DNA of 53,342 bases, counting the filler, from Basidiobolus ranarum (taxonomy: Eukaryota), in assembly GCA_040143965.1 (NCBI GenBank). It is 2 parts of 2 records of this genome, joined end to end, with 100 filler letters (N's around TTAATTAATTAA, not from the genome) between each part and the next. Parts side by side here need not be neighbours in the genome. Positions count along the whole stretch, not along the records: positions 26,882 to 53,342 come from JASJQH010007006.1; 1 more part is not named here. One strand, given 5' to 3'. Both the position numbers and the translations under genes were made by a program. Positions 35,874 through 48,637 of this stretch are shown one piece after another. Within the stretch, counting starts at the first letter, position 1. The number at the start of each line of letters is the position of its first letter. The notes beneath the pieces are model-generated. The model saw nothing but the letters and a program-made list of their open reading frames with translations. It was not told where the DNA came from and searched no databases.

Positions 35874-37754
35874 TCAATGGTATCCCATGTTATCAGACGA
35901 CATGAGGTATATCTGCGCCTGGTTTTGCGGAGAAACGATGGTAGGCCCAGCAACCTGATGAGGCTGAAGCGGTGCCGATTGTTGCTGCTCAGGCTTTTGC
36001 TTCTTCACGCTTCGTTTGGTTGATGTGGTTTGTCCACTATCGTATCTTTGACGCTTTTTAATGATATCAGTCTTCATGGACAACGGTCTCATTTCGTGGT
36101 GAAGCTTAAGGCTAGAGGAAATCAACGTAAGTACATACTATCTTGGGAATCTAATGCTTAGATGTATTAACTTACTATAGGCCACATGCGTTGCATAGAG
36201 TGTTTCCTTTATCATCTCTTCGCCACAGCGGTGTGGTTGTAGTATTGCAGTTGGAGCAGATTGGCTGGGACTGGGGATCTTCGTTTCTTGCATCTTTACG
36301 TACAATGTGAGGTTTCATCGTTTTGGGACGGGCTACATTGTGTAGTTTAAGACTAAAGCTAGGTTAATATCACTGGAAAAAGAATTGCGAACCATAATTG
36401 TAGAAAAGTGAACTTACTATAAACCACAAGCATTGCACAGTAACTCATCATTAGCAGAGCGTCTCCATAGAGGAGTGGATGTGGCATTACAGTTCTTACA
36501 CTGAACTTTCCCATCTACCTTCTCACTCTCTGATACTGTTGCACTAGGAGTGGTGCTCGATCTGTACGAGTCAGAATTCGGGCTTCCAGAAGCCATCTGC
36601 AATCCATTGTATGAGGAAGATGGTGGGGTAACGGTTGTTGAAGTCATTTGAGAGTTACCAAAATTTGTAATGTATGGATTGGAAGAATTCATTGGGGTAG
36701 GTGCAGAGCACTCTGCAGAGCTTTGCATAGGGTTGAAGCCCTGTTGATTCATAGGTACCATGGAAGACAACGATGATTGAGGAAAGCTTGTGGTTGGCAT
36801 ATTGTTAACGTTCAACGCGTTCCCTCCATTGTATGGTAGTGCGTTTCTCTGCTGATTCATGTTCTGCTCATACCATTGATTATTATATAAATAATACGAC
36901 ATAGGATCATTAACCGGAGTAGAGATAGGAGATAAAGCAGGGGTACTGAAGGTAGAGTTACCACCATATGGCTCCCAATCCTGAGGTCCTGAGATGTCTT
37001 CAAGCGGAATTTCCAACGATGGAGGCTCATCAAAGGCACCCAAAAAGGCAGATGCAGCATATGTTCCAAATATGTCCTCAAGTCCAATTACCTGGGCTGA
37101 CTGAGGACCATTTTGTGGCTGCGAAAATTGTTCCGGAACGTTATGTGGAGCTTGATGGGCCATATTATTAGTTGCATTGGATGAGGTGGTAGCCATAGCA
37201 CTAGCAGTGGAGCCAGTGCGAGAAGATTGTGTAGGCGGATTGATGAAAGTTACTGGAGCTGGAGCTGACTCTGAAGGAGTTGGCTGAGACTCAACTCGAA
37301 CAGTAGATATCAAAGGCTCAGACTTGATAACTCCTTTCGATTTGATTGTGGGTGAAGGTGCACGAGTATTGGGAAGAGAGGTCGACTCTTTTGAATCTAT
37401 TACAACAGGAGGCTTTGTAGAAGGAACCTCCTTAGGTTCAGTGGGAAAAGAACGGGCGGGTGGGTTTCTAGGTGACGCCACAGGGCTTTCGATGCCCTTA
37501 TCACTTTCAAGTTTCTTAGTGGTAGCAGTTGCATATTGCTTGAATTGACTTTTGGAATTCTTCTGACCATGAACCATGCTTTTGTGCAAGTGCCATAGCC
37601 TCCAAGATAGATTTTCAAGTCGGTTACCATTCTCAAGAGAATCTTTGACTTTTGTACATACACGCCATGTTTTGGATAACTCTTCTTCAGTGTTTAGATT
37701 AGAAAAGGAAGTAAACGATTTGTTTCCCTTGATTGATAAAATGATGGGAGCCAT
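35874..37754 (-). CDS. GATA transcription factor with N-terminal DUF1752 and two C4 zinc fingers, 3 exons
   Basis: [15 protein letters not shown] (DUF1752); [26 protein letters not shown] and [50 protein letters not shown]. Confidence 0.92.
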
Positions 37755-39390
37755 TTTCAGGTATATTGATTAGGCAATATATAGTAAGAAAATTTCCACC
37801 TAAAAAAAGTCTCGGTATTTTCTTGCACAGTTGTTCTACGAACTATATTGAAACGTATTCAGTGCAATCCAAAGTGATGAAGTTCTCTGAAGTATGACCA
37901 CAGTGTTGACCACAAGAAAGATGAAATAAGGTGAAATGAAATGAAAGAAAAGTAATCAGCTAGAATCAAGAGCGAGATCACGGAGAGAGTAGGAAACAGA
38001 TAAATGGCAAAAATAAATTAGGGACCATCTCGAGCGGAACCCAGCTCTACAAATTCTAGACTTGATCCAATCATGTGTAATTCGAGGATGAGCCGCATTT
38101 CTACATGATTGGTAGACATCCACCAAGTAGAATGAATTTCAGTTTATGGGGTTTCCTTTTATGTGACACATGCCCAGTTGGGAATTGTAATAACGGAAGC
38201 AACAAAAGCAATTCTAGAAGACCAAAAGGCGGCATATTAAATAATCGGGAAAGGTGCGGGAAGGTACGGAAAATCTTGGGGATTTCCTTAATATTCCCAA
38301 TCCATGCATACATGCATACAGACAGTGATCCTTGTGCGTTACTAATATGTCAGCAATATCATTAAGTCTTCCTATTTGTAACGTACATTTAGTCATCCCA
38401 ATTATTGGTTACCATCTGACCATTTTTCTGATATTTGCTCACAATTAGGAGGCAGCAGCAACGAGGATTAACAGGTTCTAAACAGCGCTAGCCTAAAAAG
38501 AACGTAGTCGGCCGCTCAAATGGTGACAGCTTTTGGGGGCTTCCTGTGAGTGTTAGGGATAGGTTATACAGTTTTGCAATTGCATGGCCCTTCTTATTGC
38601 CTGCTTATCCAATGGAGAAGCGCTCGGGAGAAGAGTCCATCAATTAAAATCATCAGGAATCCCGAGAAAACACGAATCCCTAAGACGCGTTTGTGAGTGC
38701 ATGCTAGTCAAATAAATCTACCAAATTAAATAGCATTGCCTGTAGATGGGCAGATGGAGTATTAATTAGTCTCTTTTTTGGTAGCCTAGCCGCTCTGACT
38801 AACATCTACACGTGGACGGTGCTTGCTTCATTTTGGTCATCCATTTTGATACTTTTGGTCACTAATCTTGCAACATTCTTTATATATCTGCAAATCGGCG
38901 CATGGCAAGGAGAAATAGGTGCTTTTGCCTTTTCTTCAAGTCATATTCGAGTAGTAGATATTGCAGCTCCTGGTATTAGCCTAGGTGTGGAACAATACAC
39001 CAATACCCATTGTTAATGGTAACTGAATGACATCAAAATGCCACTCGAATGTGCTTTCAAAAGCAGCGTGAGCCACTTCCAAAGACAAGACCTCGGTGAG
39101 TTTTGCTTTGAGGTGTATGAAATGGGGTTGATGGTTAGGGGTTTTATTTGGAATTGTACGGAAAGGTTGTGGGCTCTAACGATATGAACTTATTTTCAGG
39201 AATGTGCAGGAAAATTGGACAAATAAATAAGGATTTGTACCTTTTTCTTTCTTGTTTTCGAAATAAAAATTACATTGTACTTGGATATGAGGTGAATGGT
39301 GGTGAAAATTTCAAATAAAGGTTGGATTGCCAAGTAATATGGAATCCGTGCAAGTGAACGGTGTGAAGGGGTGAGCAAAGTTAGCTAGCA

Positions 39391-40861
39391 TTAAGCCCAT
39401 ACTTCACGACCAAAGCGAGCTAGATCCACAGAGGTTTCAGCATAGCGAACTACAAACGGGTCATCCAGTAGTTGTCTTGGGGTTGGGCGTTGTGATGGAT
39501 CCTTGATAAGGCTACAAGGAAGGTTGGACAGCAGTGGTTAGTGAGGTTTAAAAAATGAGTGAATAAAGCAACAATAGTGACCATTTGGCAATGAAATTGG
39601 AAATTTCTGGGCTCCAGCCATCCTCGACTCGTAATTCTGGCACTGGTGAGCGAACAATATAGTCCAACAACTCAAAAATAGCCAGAGGAGGGTGTCCAGG
39701 GGGTGGGAATGGAAAGCGAGAGTTGGCAATTTCGATGATGCTTAATCCAAGCGACCAAACGTCAGATTGTACAGCATAACGAGCTCCTTGAATTCTTTCA
39801 GGCTAGAAAATGAAAGATAAATCAACTGTTGTCACGACAGCACCAAAACAACTCAACTCACAGCCATGTAGTAACTTGTTCCAACAAATGTAGCAGCAAT
39901 AGAATCGATCAGCTCTCCACTGACTCCAAAATCGCAAAGTTTGATGTTACCATCGCTAGTAAGAAGAATATTGGATGGTTTGACATCTTATTTACTTGTT
40001 AGAAACCATTATTCATCTATGAGATACCGCAAGTCACTTTACCTCTGTGGATGATGTGTCGACTATGAAGGTAAACTAAGCCATTTAGGACCTGAACTAT
40101 ATTGATTATTATACAATTCCCATGGTACAAGGTAATAAAGGTTTCGTACCGCTACTGCTATTTTCCCAAGAACACCTTCCCCAATTCGTCCCCCCTTTTC
40201 AGTTGCTCTCCTAAAGATAGCATCGAAGCTCAAACCGTGACAGTATTCCATACATATAGAGATTGATGTGTCTTCTTCATCTAGATAGGCACCGAAAAAT
40301 GATACAATATAGGGTGATTTACAGGTTCGAAGGAAGGAAAGCTCTCGTATGATTTGACGTTGCATATTTGGATCAGGATCAGCCGGCACAGTCTATATAG
40401 TGATAAACAACTAGTAAGATGATTGTACTTTACAACTTCATGATAAGGTGCATATACCAATAGTTATCATGGATTATCGTTATGGAATTCAATAGGGTAA
40501 AAATGTGGATTTGGAATTGCAGTAAGAAGGAAGTTACCTTTCGCGCCATAATCATTCCTGTGGGTTCATGACGAACTAGGAAAACCGAGCCTCCTGCACC
40601 TTCCCCGAGTTTTTTAATTTCTACAATGTTGCTTGAATTTACATCCAAAAATTCTGCTGTGGGGTCACTATTTTCTCCATTTGAATGTGCATTACTCAGG
40701 TCAACAGCACTTTTTAAGGCTATAGTATTTGTGGCATATGAAGCGACGCTTGGCGACTGTTGTTCTGTGGTACCTACACTAATGGGAGAAATCTTTAACC
40801 CAGTTGGGTTTCGATTCTTTTTTCTGAACATGGTGGCATTTGAGCGGTTTAGCGATGCCAT
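39391..40861 (-). CDS. MAP kinase kinase (Mkk1/Pek1-like), 6 exons
   Basis: N-terminal D-site-like [69 protein letters not shown] at 39391. Confidence 0.92.
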
Positions 40862-41238
40862 GTTTGAGGACTGAGAGAACACAATTCGCTTTTGTGCACA
40901 ACTTTAATTTTGTCAACAGAAAGTACTGGATTTTGGATGACGAACTCTATTCACTAGATTTATTTAGCCTCGTTGGAAAATAATCGGATTTTAGCAATTT
41001 GAAATGGTATTTATGACTTCATATCGGTTTATTTCTAGTGTCTACAAATTACTGATTTCTAAATCAATTCATATTCATTATATTAGTCACAGCACAGCTT
41101 GTTACAGGTAACCATCAGTCATATCATGACTTTGGTGCGTAGGAATTGTTACGAGTCTAGGGAGAATCAGAGGTGCGTTTCCCACTGGCTGTTTCATTTT
41201 AGATTAGAAAAGAATAGAAAATCACTTTATCTAATGAT

Positions 41239-43855
41239 TTATTCGGATATTGGTCCAACTGCTACTCTCATGCGTTCTATCTTTTCCTGCTTTTTGACTT
41301 CTAATTTTTCTACGCTTTTTACAATTTTTAATTTCTCCTTGTAAACTTTGCCAGCTCCTTCGGTTAGTTTTGCAATCAAATCGTTAGCCTCTCCTTTGTG
41401 TATTTTCTCTTTGGTCGGAAAGTTTTCACCCATTAAGCGTTTTAGATATCTTAATTGCCCTGCTGAAGCTGGTTGTCTTCGCCAAGGAGCATTCCGCAAA
41501 GCGAAAAATTGCAGTCCATATTTTGAATCTACGTATGTGTCACAGGCATGTATCGCTGTGACTAACGTATCACAAACGATTGGGAGATCTTGAGGCTTAC
41601 TGTAGACCATTGCACTACTAGGCGACATGATACGATTCTTCAATTTAGCACGATAGTATCCTAAGAAAATGTATTTAAAAAATCTAGAGATAATGTAGTC
41701 TATTTCGATCAAGGCTTCAAAAACAACTCACCATCGACACTCTTCTCTAAACGGATAGTTCTTTTGTTTGTGCTGAGAATGTAGGCGTCATCTCCAATTG
41801 ACAACCATCGATACTTTGATAGTTTTTCTAACTTTGCGGCTGTAGGTGATTTACTGCGTTGAAGTTCATATGGATTATCGTATTCAGCAATATCAACCGA
41901 TGTAATGGTTCCCTCTACGGGCTGATTCTCTGAAGTATGGTTAGTTACTTGAATCAATAAACACTTCAAGGTCATAAGGAAATAAACATACCCCGAGTGC
42001 TCTTGGCCTCTTTTCGAGCTAGCGTGGCGTCTTTGTCTATATTCTGGGAATTAGTGTCGTAGAGCAATGAAGAAAGGTGTTGTAACATACATACCAGCAA
42101 ATTCAACATCATAATCAAGGCCAAGAAGTGTAGGAACAGTGACCAAGTCATGGGTATTGAAGTTATCTACAATATCTAAAGCTAAGCAATCGGCCTTCTC
42201 TGGATGTAGTCTCATTCCTCGCCCTAACATTTGTTGAAACAATACATGACTTTGTGTAGGGCGTGCCATGATAACACAGTCTATGCCTGGAATATCTACT
42301 CAACATATCGTTGTTACTAGCAGAACACAGATATATTCGAATTTTAGAATGCCATACCAGTTCCTTCAGTCAAAATACCTGAATCGATATGAAGTGGCTT
42401 AATATTAAGAAGAATGTTAGCTTTAATGGTAAGTAGTAGAGACATACCGCAATTCACTAAAATTGGAAACTTGCGCAAGCGAAAATCAGCCAGAATTTCA
42501 GAACGACTTGAACTTGGTGTTTTGCTAGTCACACATTTAGATTCATAACCATATGATGTGAATAACTCAGCCAGGGTTTCTGCATGCTTAATATCAACCG
42601 CAAAAACCAATGTAGAAGCTCGATTCCCTGTAACTCAATGAGATCAACATAAGACATTATGATAAGTCCAATTAAATAGTCTACAATACCAGCGAACTTC
42701 ATGTAGCTATTTATGATGATTTCGTTTCTTTGAGGGACATTGGTTCGAGAGGATAATTGTGCAGTATTAAAGTCGAAATTATACCGACGAATTCCTGAAA
42801 GATCAGTATTGGTTTTGACAGTAGTGATTTTCAGATTACATAACCTAGAGAGATACCAATTTGAAAGGAACAATGTGTAAGGGACGTGTGGCTCTACAAT
42901 GATTCCCGTGCAAGCAATAAATGAAATATCTATGTACCATTTCTGTTCAATCATGTCTAAAAAGCTTTTGTGATACGCAATATAGTCAAATATCCCATCA
43001 AGCTTGAGGCCGTCATGCCGTCTTACTGTTGCTGAGCATCCCCAAATCAACATATGAGAATTGGGCTCTCGCGCACCAAAATGATCCAAAATTTTAAGGT
43101 ACGTAGAAGCAGCAGCGTGATGAGCCTAGATTTGTATCTTCGGTTACCAGATAGAATTAAAGAATCTGGAAAGTTTTAGGGAATACCTCATCTATAATGA
43201 TGCATTTAAATTCCTCAGGATCATATTTTTCCATTCGCAGGGATTCCTTCCTTCCTAGAGTCGGGACACTAGCTATAATGACATCGGCTGCGCCGGTTGC
43301 ATGCTGTTTTCCTTTATCAATTTCAATAGTCTGCCCAAAATGGTATCAGTATTCGTACTTTGAGGATTAAATTTTCCTCCTCTTACTAACCAAGTTTGGG
43401 GAGATCCTCTGTATTTGTTTATACGCTTGGTAAATCAACTCTTCTCTATGTGCAATGACCAAGGCTTTTGTAGCTCGTGGTGTAGGGTTCGGAAGCATAG
43501 AAATCAAATTGGAAAAGATAACCTAGAATTTCCCTTCAATATCAACACTTCTATATTTGACTTATCAGGAGGCTATAAATACCGTTTTACCACTCCCTGA
43601 AGTAGCAACAATTCAAAGTAGATTAATCAAATAGACGATACCGTTAAGGTTGCAAATGTTGTAATTACCTACTGGTAATGACACCACCTGTTTCTTTATT
43701 CCTTTTTGGAACTGTTCGATGCAGATTTCGAGGCATTCTTTTTGGTATGGGCGAAGTACAGGTGCTGCATTTGTTGAGTGTAGTCGAAGTGTTATTAGTA
43801 TCCTTCTTGTGAAGGGATTCAAGATTGACGTTCTTGTTAGTATTGCCGCTGTCAT
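41239..43855 (-). CDS. IRC3: Mitochondrial SF2 helicase, Irc3-like, many small exons
   Basis: Presequence; LRPYQKEC...SLPVGSGKT, AHREEL, IIIDEAHHAAASTY, GCSATVRRHDG, VNCGILTEGTDIP, ARPTQS.VLFQQMLGRGMRLHPEK; C-terminal WRRQPASAGQ. Confidence 0.9.
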
Positions 43856-43906
43856 GCTTGATATTATTTTTAAAAAAAGATTTCTAGCATATTAATTACT
43901 TGAAGC

Positions 43907-43916
43907 ATCACGTGAT
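43907..43916. promoter_or_regulatory. Palindromic E-box ATCACGTGAT (Cbf1/bHLH-type) upstream of IRC3; similar CACGTG sites upstream of MTC5 (~17685) and RPB5 (~33084)
   Basis: Sequence match only. Confidence 0.4.
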
Positions 43917-44135
43917 ACAGAATGACATTAGAGTGTATATATCTATATAGAAAATGAAAATATAAAACTATCATCAGCCTTTAAAGATATTATTTATACT
44001 GCATATCCAAGAGAGTGAATGCATGTTTAATCAATGAATGTCTGTTCAATAAATACAGTATGGATTGAATGATAATCAATATATGCTATGAAATGATGTG
44101 TGCATGAAAGCTATATGGTTCCTCGGGGTGTGGTG

Positions 44136-44548
44136 TTATTGACTTTCTTTCTCTTCCATATCCATTTGAGCAAATTTTTTAGTAATAGCTTCACGATCAC
44201 GCAATAACTGGTTTCTCCTGGTTTTCAAACTTTGGTTTAAAGTTAATAATTACGCGCTTATCAATAAAAGAGAACAGATAACTTACTCTTCCCGACGTAA
44301 CATTTCATTTTGCTCGAGTTCCTCCGGGGTGAACTTTTTGATGAAAGGGAATTAAGGTCAAACATTAACAAACTAGAAGTCACTATGCTGATTAAATATA
44401 CCTCTCTTGGAGCAAGTTTTTCGTCGGTTTCTTCACGTGTATCACGAAGGCGATAGCCTACGTACATCCCAGCTGGAACAACTACAATCGAAAGAGCTGC
44501 AACTGGATTTGCGGAAAAGAAGAATTTCGCTTTTTGAAATGCGGACAT
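44136..44548 (-). CDS. Small (~95 aa) single-TM plus coiled-coil hypothetical protein, 3 exons
   Basis: MSAFQKAKFFFSANPVAALSIVVVPAGMYVGYRLRD...APRE|FTPEELEQNEMLRRED|LKTRRNQLLRDREAITKKFAQMDMEEKESQ-TAA; both introns GT-AG and in frame. Confidence 0.75.
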
Positions 44549-47046
44549 GTTAGTTAATTTCACAAGTTTATAAAAGCTAGGAATGTATATCTAGTTCGAG
44601 CGAGAGAAAATTTAGGATTTGTATGTGACAATCTGAAAATGCCCGCAAACGGACAATCAAAACTATTTCTTAACTCTTTCCGCCCTAAAATCCATTCACA
44701 TCAATACATGGGCCTTTTTTGGTCCATATGTCCATCAACCCTAACCCTCAAGTTCCCCTGTCATCTACTCAAACAGGCATCAAATTATCTGGCGCTAGGT
44801 TCTCTAGTAAAACTAGTCACATCTATTAATTCTACACTGACTGACTATTTCACCCTGGAGTTAGATCCGCAGTACTTGTATAGTTCCGAGAAGAGACTTC
44901 TAAGAATTCCAAAGTGCTTTATCCAATAAGACTAGCATGAAACAAATATTCACTATGGATTCAGGATTAACTCGAAGTTAACTCTAGAACGGCTGATTTC
45001 TCGAGTGTTCATGTTCAATGATGTGGCCTAGGTCTTGTGGGCTAAGATTGAATGGCGGCTCTTGTAATTCCATGGTGTGGATTCAAGGGATAAAATGATG
45101 TGTGGATTCAAAGGGTTAAATGCTGACCATGTAAACTAACATTTACCCTTGGCTCAATACAGGATAAGCCACTTGTTAAGCCACTTATCCCGAAAGTAAA
45201 CCGGACTATTCTAAGACCCAAATGCACGGTAAGGATGTACGGTAAAATATATTGATATTCCGGTAGCAAGATTAGAAATCAATGAGATGTGCAGTGTTGA
45301 ATACTTTCGGATTTCAAACAAAGACCTCAGGTGTGATCATCCCGTACTATAAATGATATGCATCTTAGTACATTCAAATTTGATGTTAATACAGCTTATC
45401 GACATCAGCAAGGAAAGTATTTTAAGGGATAGCGGTTGTTGCTGCCCAATTTAGCAATATTGTTTCGCTAGGCTATACCTCTACATTGTTAGCATTCTTG
45501 AAGCATGAATTTGAGACTCTTGCATATTAAATCAGTTTCGACTACAGCGCTGTGGAGATGTTATGTAATCATTTACTGTAATATCTCAGTACGAGGGCCA
45601 GGATGCGCAATCCAACGTTGTATGGACAACACTCTGGCAAATGTCGAAGGGAAGACAAGTGGAGGAGTCAATCAGGAGACACTCCTTGGATTGTCTCGCT
45701 TATCCAGTTCCACTCATTGACGTAGCACAACTTGAATGGCTGGGTTGGTAAGTACATGTCTCAAAGATTTAGTAAACAATTTCAGTGGATGTAGAAATAG
45801 GTTAATGTACAATTTAGTTCGGCAATCCTTGAGGCAATACATACACATCAAATTGCTGTTAATATGGACACAGTGCTCGTTAATACAAATCATGCTACGA
45901 ACTGTTGATTGAAATTAGTGGAGCAACTAAATATGCCATTTGGACAAGAAAGAGGAAAATCCGGCTATATACATTTACGCCTCTCCTTAAGCGATATTAG
46001 TTTTGTGCTTAGTATCTTCCCCTTAGACACAAGTCTTTAGTGTTGCTCCATCCTATATAGCCAAATCGAACAAACGGTTTTCAATTCGAATATGAGAGGA
46101 TTGCAGCAACAGGAAAGGCGTGGGCTATAATGAAAGCGTGCAGTTGATATGATCAGGTTAACGGAGAATCAACACTCACTGGACAAATACGATGAAATGA
46201 GCGCGAATCTATGATTATTCACAAAAACTTTAACAGATCGAAATAGGGAGAGATCCAATATTAACACGTAAAGCCCCTTAATCTTGTGTTACAATCTCAG
46301 CACACCAGCAATCTAACCCAGAGTAAAGAATGCCTCTTGCACAAAACACCGTTAAGATGGAGATGTTTCGCATCCTCATGCTCATGACCGCTCAAATGAT
46401 GGGATACCATGAAGCCATTCCCTCAAAAAAGAACTCGACCATTCTGACATAACGTGCATTACCTGTCATAGTTGACATCAAGATGGATCACTTGTATGAC
46501 TGCATTAGGGATGCATGCATGAAGTGATACACACAAGATTATATGCACCACCTAACGAAAATCATTGAGATGCCCCGGCGTCTTCGTGGCAGTAGATACA
46601 AGGCAGTAAATACAAAGCAGATTAGAAGAATTCAATATAACCAATGAAGTGCTTTAGGGAATGTGCAAAAATTTAATTATTAGCTTTTTAAGGAGTCACC
46701 AGTTTTCATCCCTAAATCAATGTAGGCCAGCCAGCGCATCCTTGCCTGATCATGAACATTTATAAATCACAATCGATCCCACTTTGCCCTATCATCCTGT
46801 GAACGACCTTTCTGTTCTCTTGAATGATTCCAACTTGCTACCTCCTCATTGGCTACGAATAGTTTGACCTTTTTACTGTCTAGAACATCTCGCTACTTTA
46901 ACTATTTACTTGGTCTATCCACTTAAATCCCCGCACACCCACCCACTCTCACGTACTTTTTATACCCGTCGACTCCCCTTTTTGCACGTTCCGTAAATCA
47001 TTTACTTGAAATAATTCAGGATTCTCCTGGGAGTATATCCATTTAA

Positions 47047-48637
47047 ATGTCCTCCTCCCCCGCCACAACAAATGGTAAGAGTCTATCATCAATTCACAGC
47101 AAGAACCGATCGCTGAAATTTTATGTTAATTACAGATGAGAGCGCCTCAGATTGCACTCTTCCTTCGATCCATCAGCTTAATCCAGAAGTTAGTATCCCT
47201 TTCCAATCCAGGGAAGCCTCTCAAAAAGATGTAGATAAATCCATATCCTCGCCACCTATCCTATTTCCACCACCAACTTTAATGTCACAAACATCTACTG
47301 AGAATCTGAGCGAAAGAATGAGCATACGATGTGAATATTCGCGCAGTCCTTCACGCAGTGAATACGGTCAATCCTCAAAGGCCAGTAGTGATTCGGAAGA
47401 GGAACGGGCTCTTAAGACACCAGCGAATGATATGGCAGCTTTGGAGTCAGATTCACAGCCGAAAGATGAGGGCAGTCATATGAAGCATGCTTATGTTTGC
47501 CCTTATACGGGATGTGGTTGGAGCTTTAAGAGATATGAACATCTAAAAAGGCACCAGCTAGTTCATACAAAAGAGCGTCCATACGTGTGTGAGTATCCCA
47601 GCTGTGGAAAAAGCTTTAGTAGAAGTGATAACTACTCTGCTCATTATCGCACGCACCAACGGCGCAAGAGTTTGATAGAAACCAACCCTTTCTCTTCGAT
47701 TGAAGGAAAAGATGTAAATCTTCAGAGTTCGAGACTCGTTCACCGAAGATGTAGCCTAGCAATAGGCGACGAAACTCGAGCTACAAGATTCAAGCTCGAA
47801 AGCTTGGATGTACCCACAATAAGGGACGTGGAAGAACCGCTTCCATCCCCTTCCAAAACTAGCAACATTCATCAATTGTTAAATGGATCTGAACCACATC
47901 CAACAGGTCTCTATCCCCGTAAACGTCGATATTCGGAACATACCCTTGCTACTTCTCAAGATCCCGACCAAGAGAAACCTACGAAAATCTCTAACTGGGG
48001 TCGAGCAGAAAGGAGGCATAGCATTGCAATCATGACCTCTATGCCTACTAATTTTGGGGCTTCTCATTCCCCTTCAGGTCATCAAAGCTCACATACTCTT
48101 CCACCAAATGTTATACATCACCTCTATCCACATCCAAATATCCGCTTATTATCACATTCCCAATCATTGACCAACCTTCCCCGCCATTCGTACTCACATC
48201 CTCACTCTCAAGGACAACCGCTAGCGTTCCTAACCAATCACTTCACCCATATCCACTCTATAGTTGGTATGCCACTGGCTACAATTGCTGAATCGCCATC
48301 ACATCATATCCCTACTACCACAACAGCTCCAAGGACCTCTGGCACCAAAAATCATGTGTGTACAGTTGCCGGGTGCAACATGCGCTTCAAACGCTTGGAA
48401 CATTTGAAACGTCATATGAGAGTTCATACCCTTGAGAGACCGTTTGCCTGTACTTTTATCGGATGCCGCAAGACATTCTCGCGACGAGATAACCTTGGAC
48501 AACATATGCGTACTCATGAGCGTCAAGCTTTAAAGCAAGTCCAAAATACTTCAGTAATTGCACCATCTACAACCCATTCTACATCCGTTGGATTAGGAAT
48601 TGGTCATGCTGGACATGTAAGACAGAGGTCTATGTGA
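47047..48637 (+). CDS. C2H2 zinc-finger transcription factor with two separated finger pairs (Msn2/Seb1-like fingers), 2 exons
   Basis: [15 protein letters not shown]...; [40 protein letters not shown] and [40 protein letters not shown]. Confidence 0.9.
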
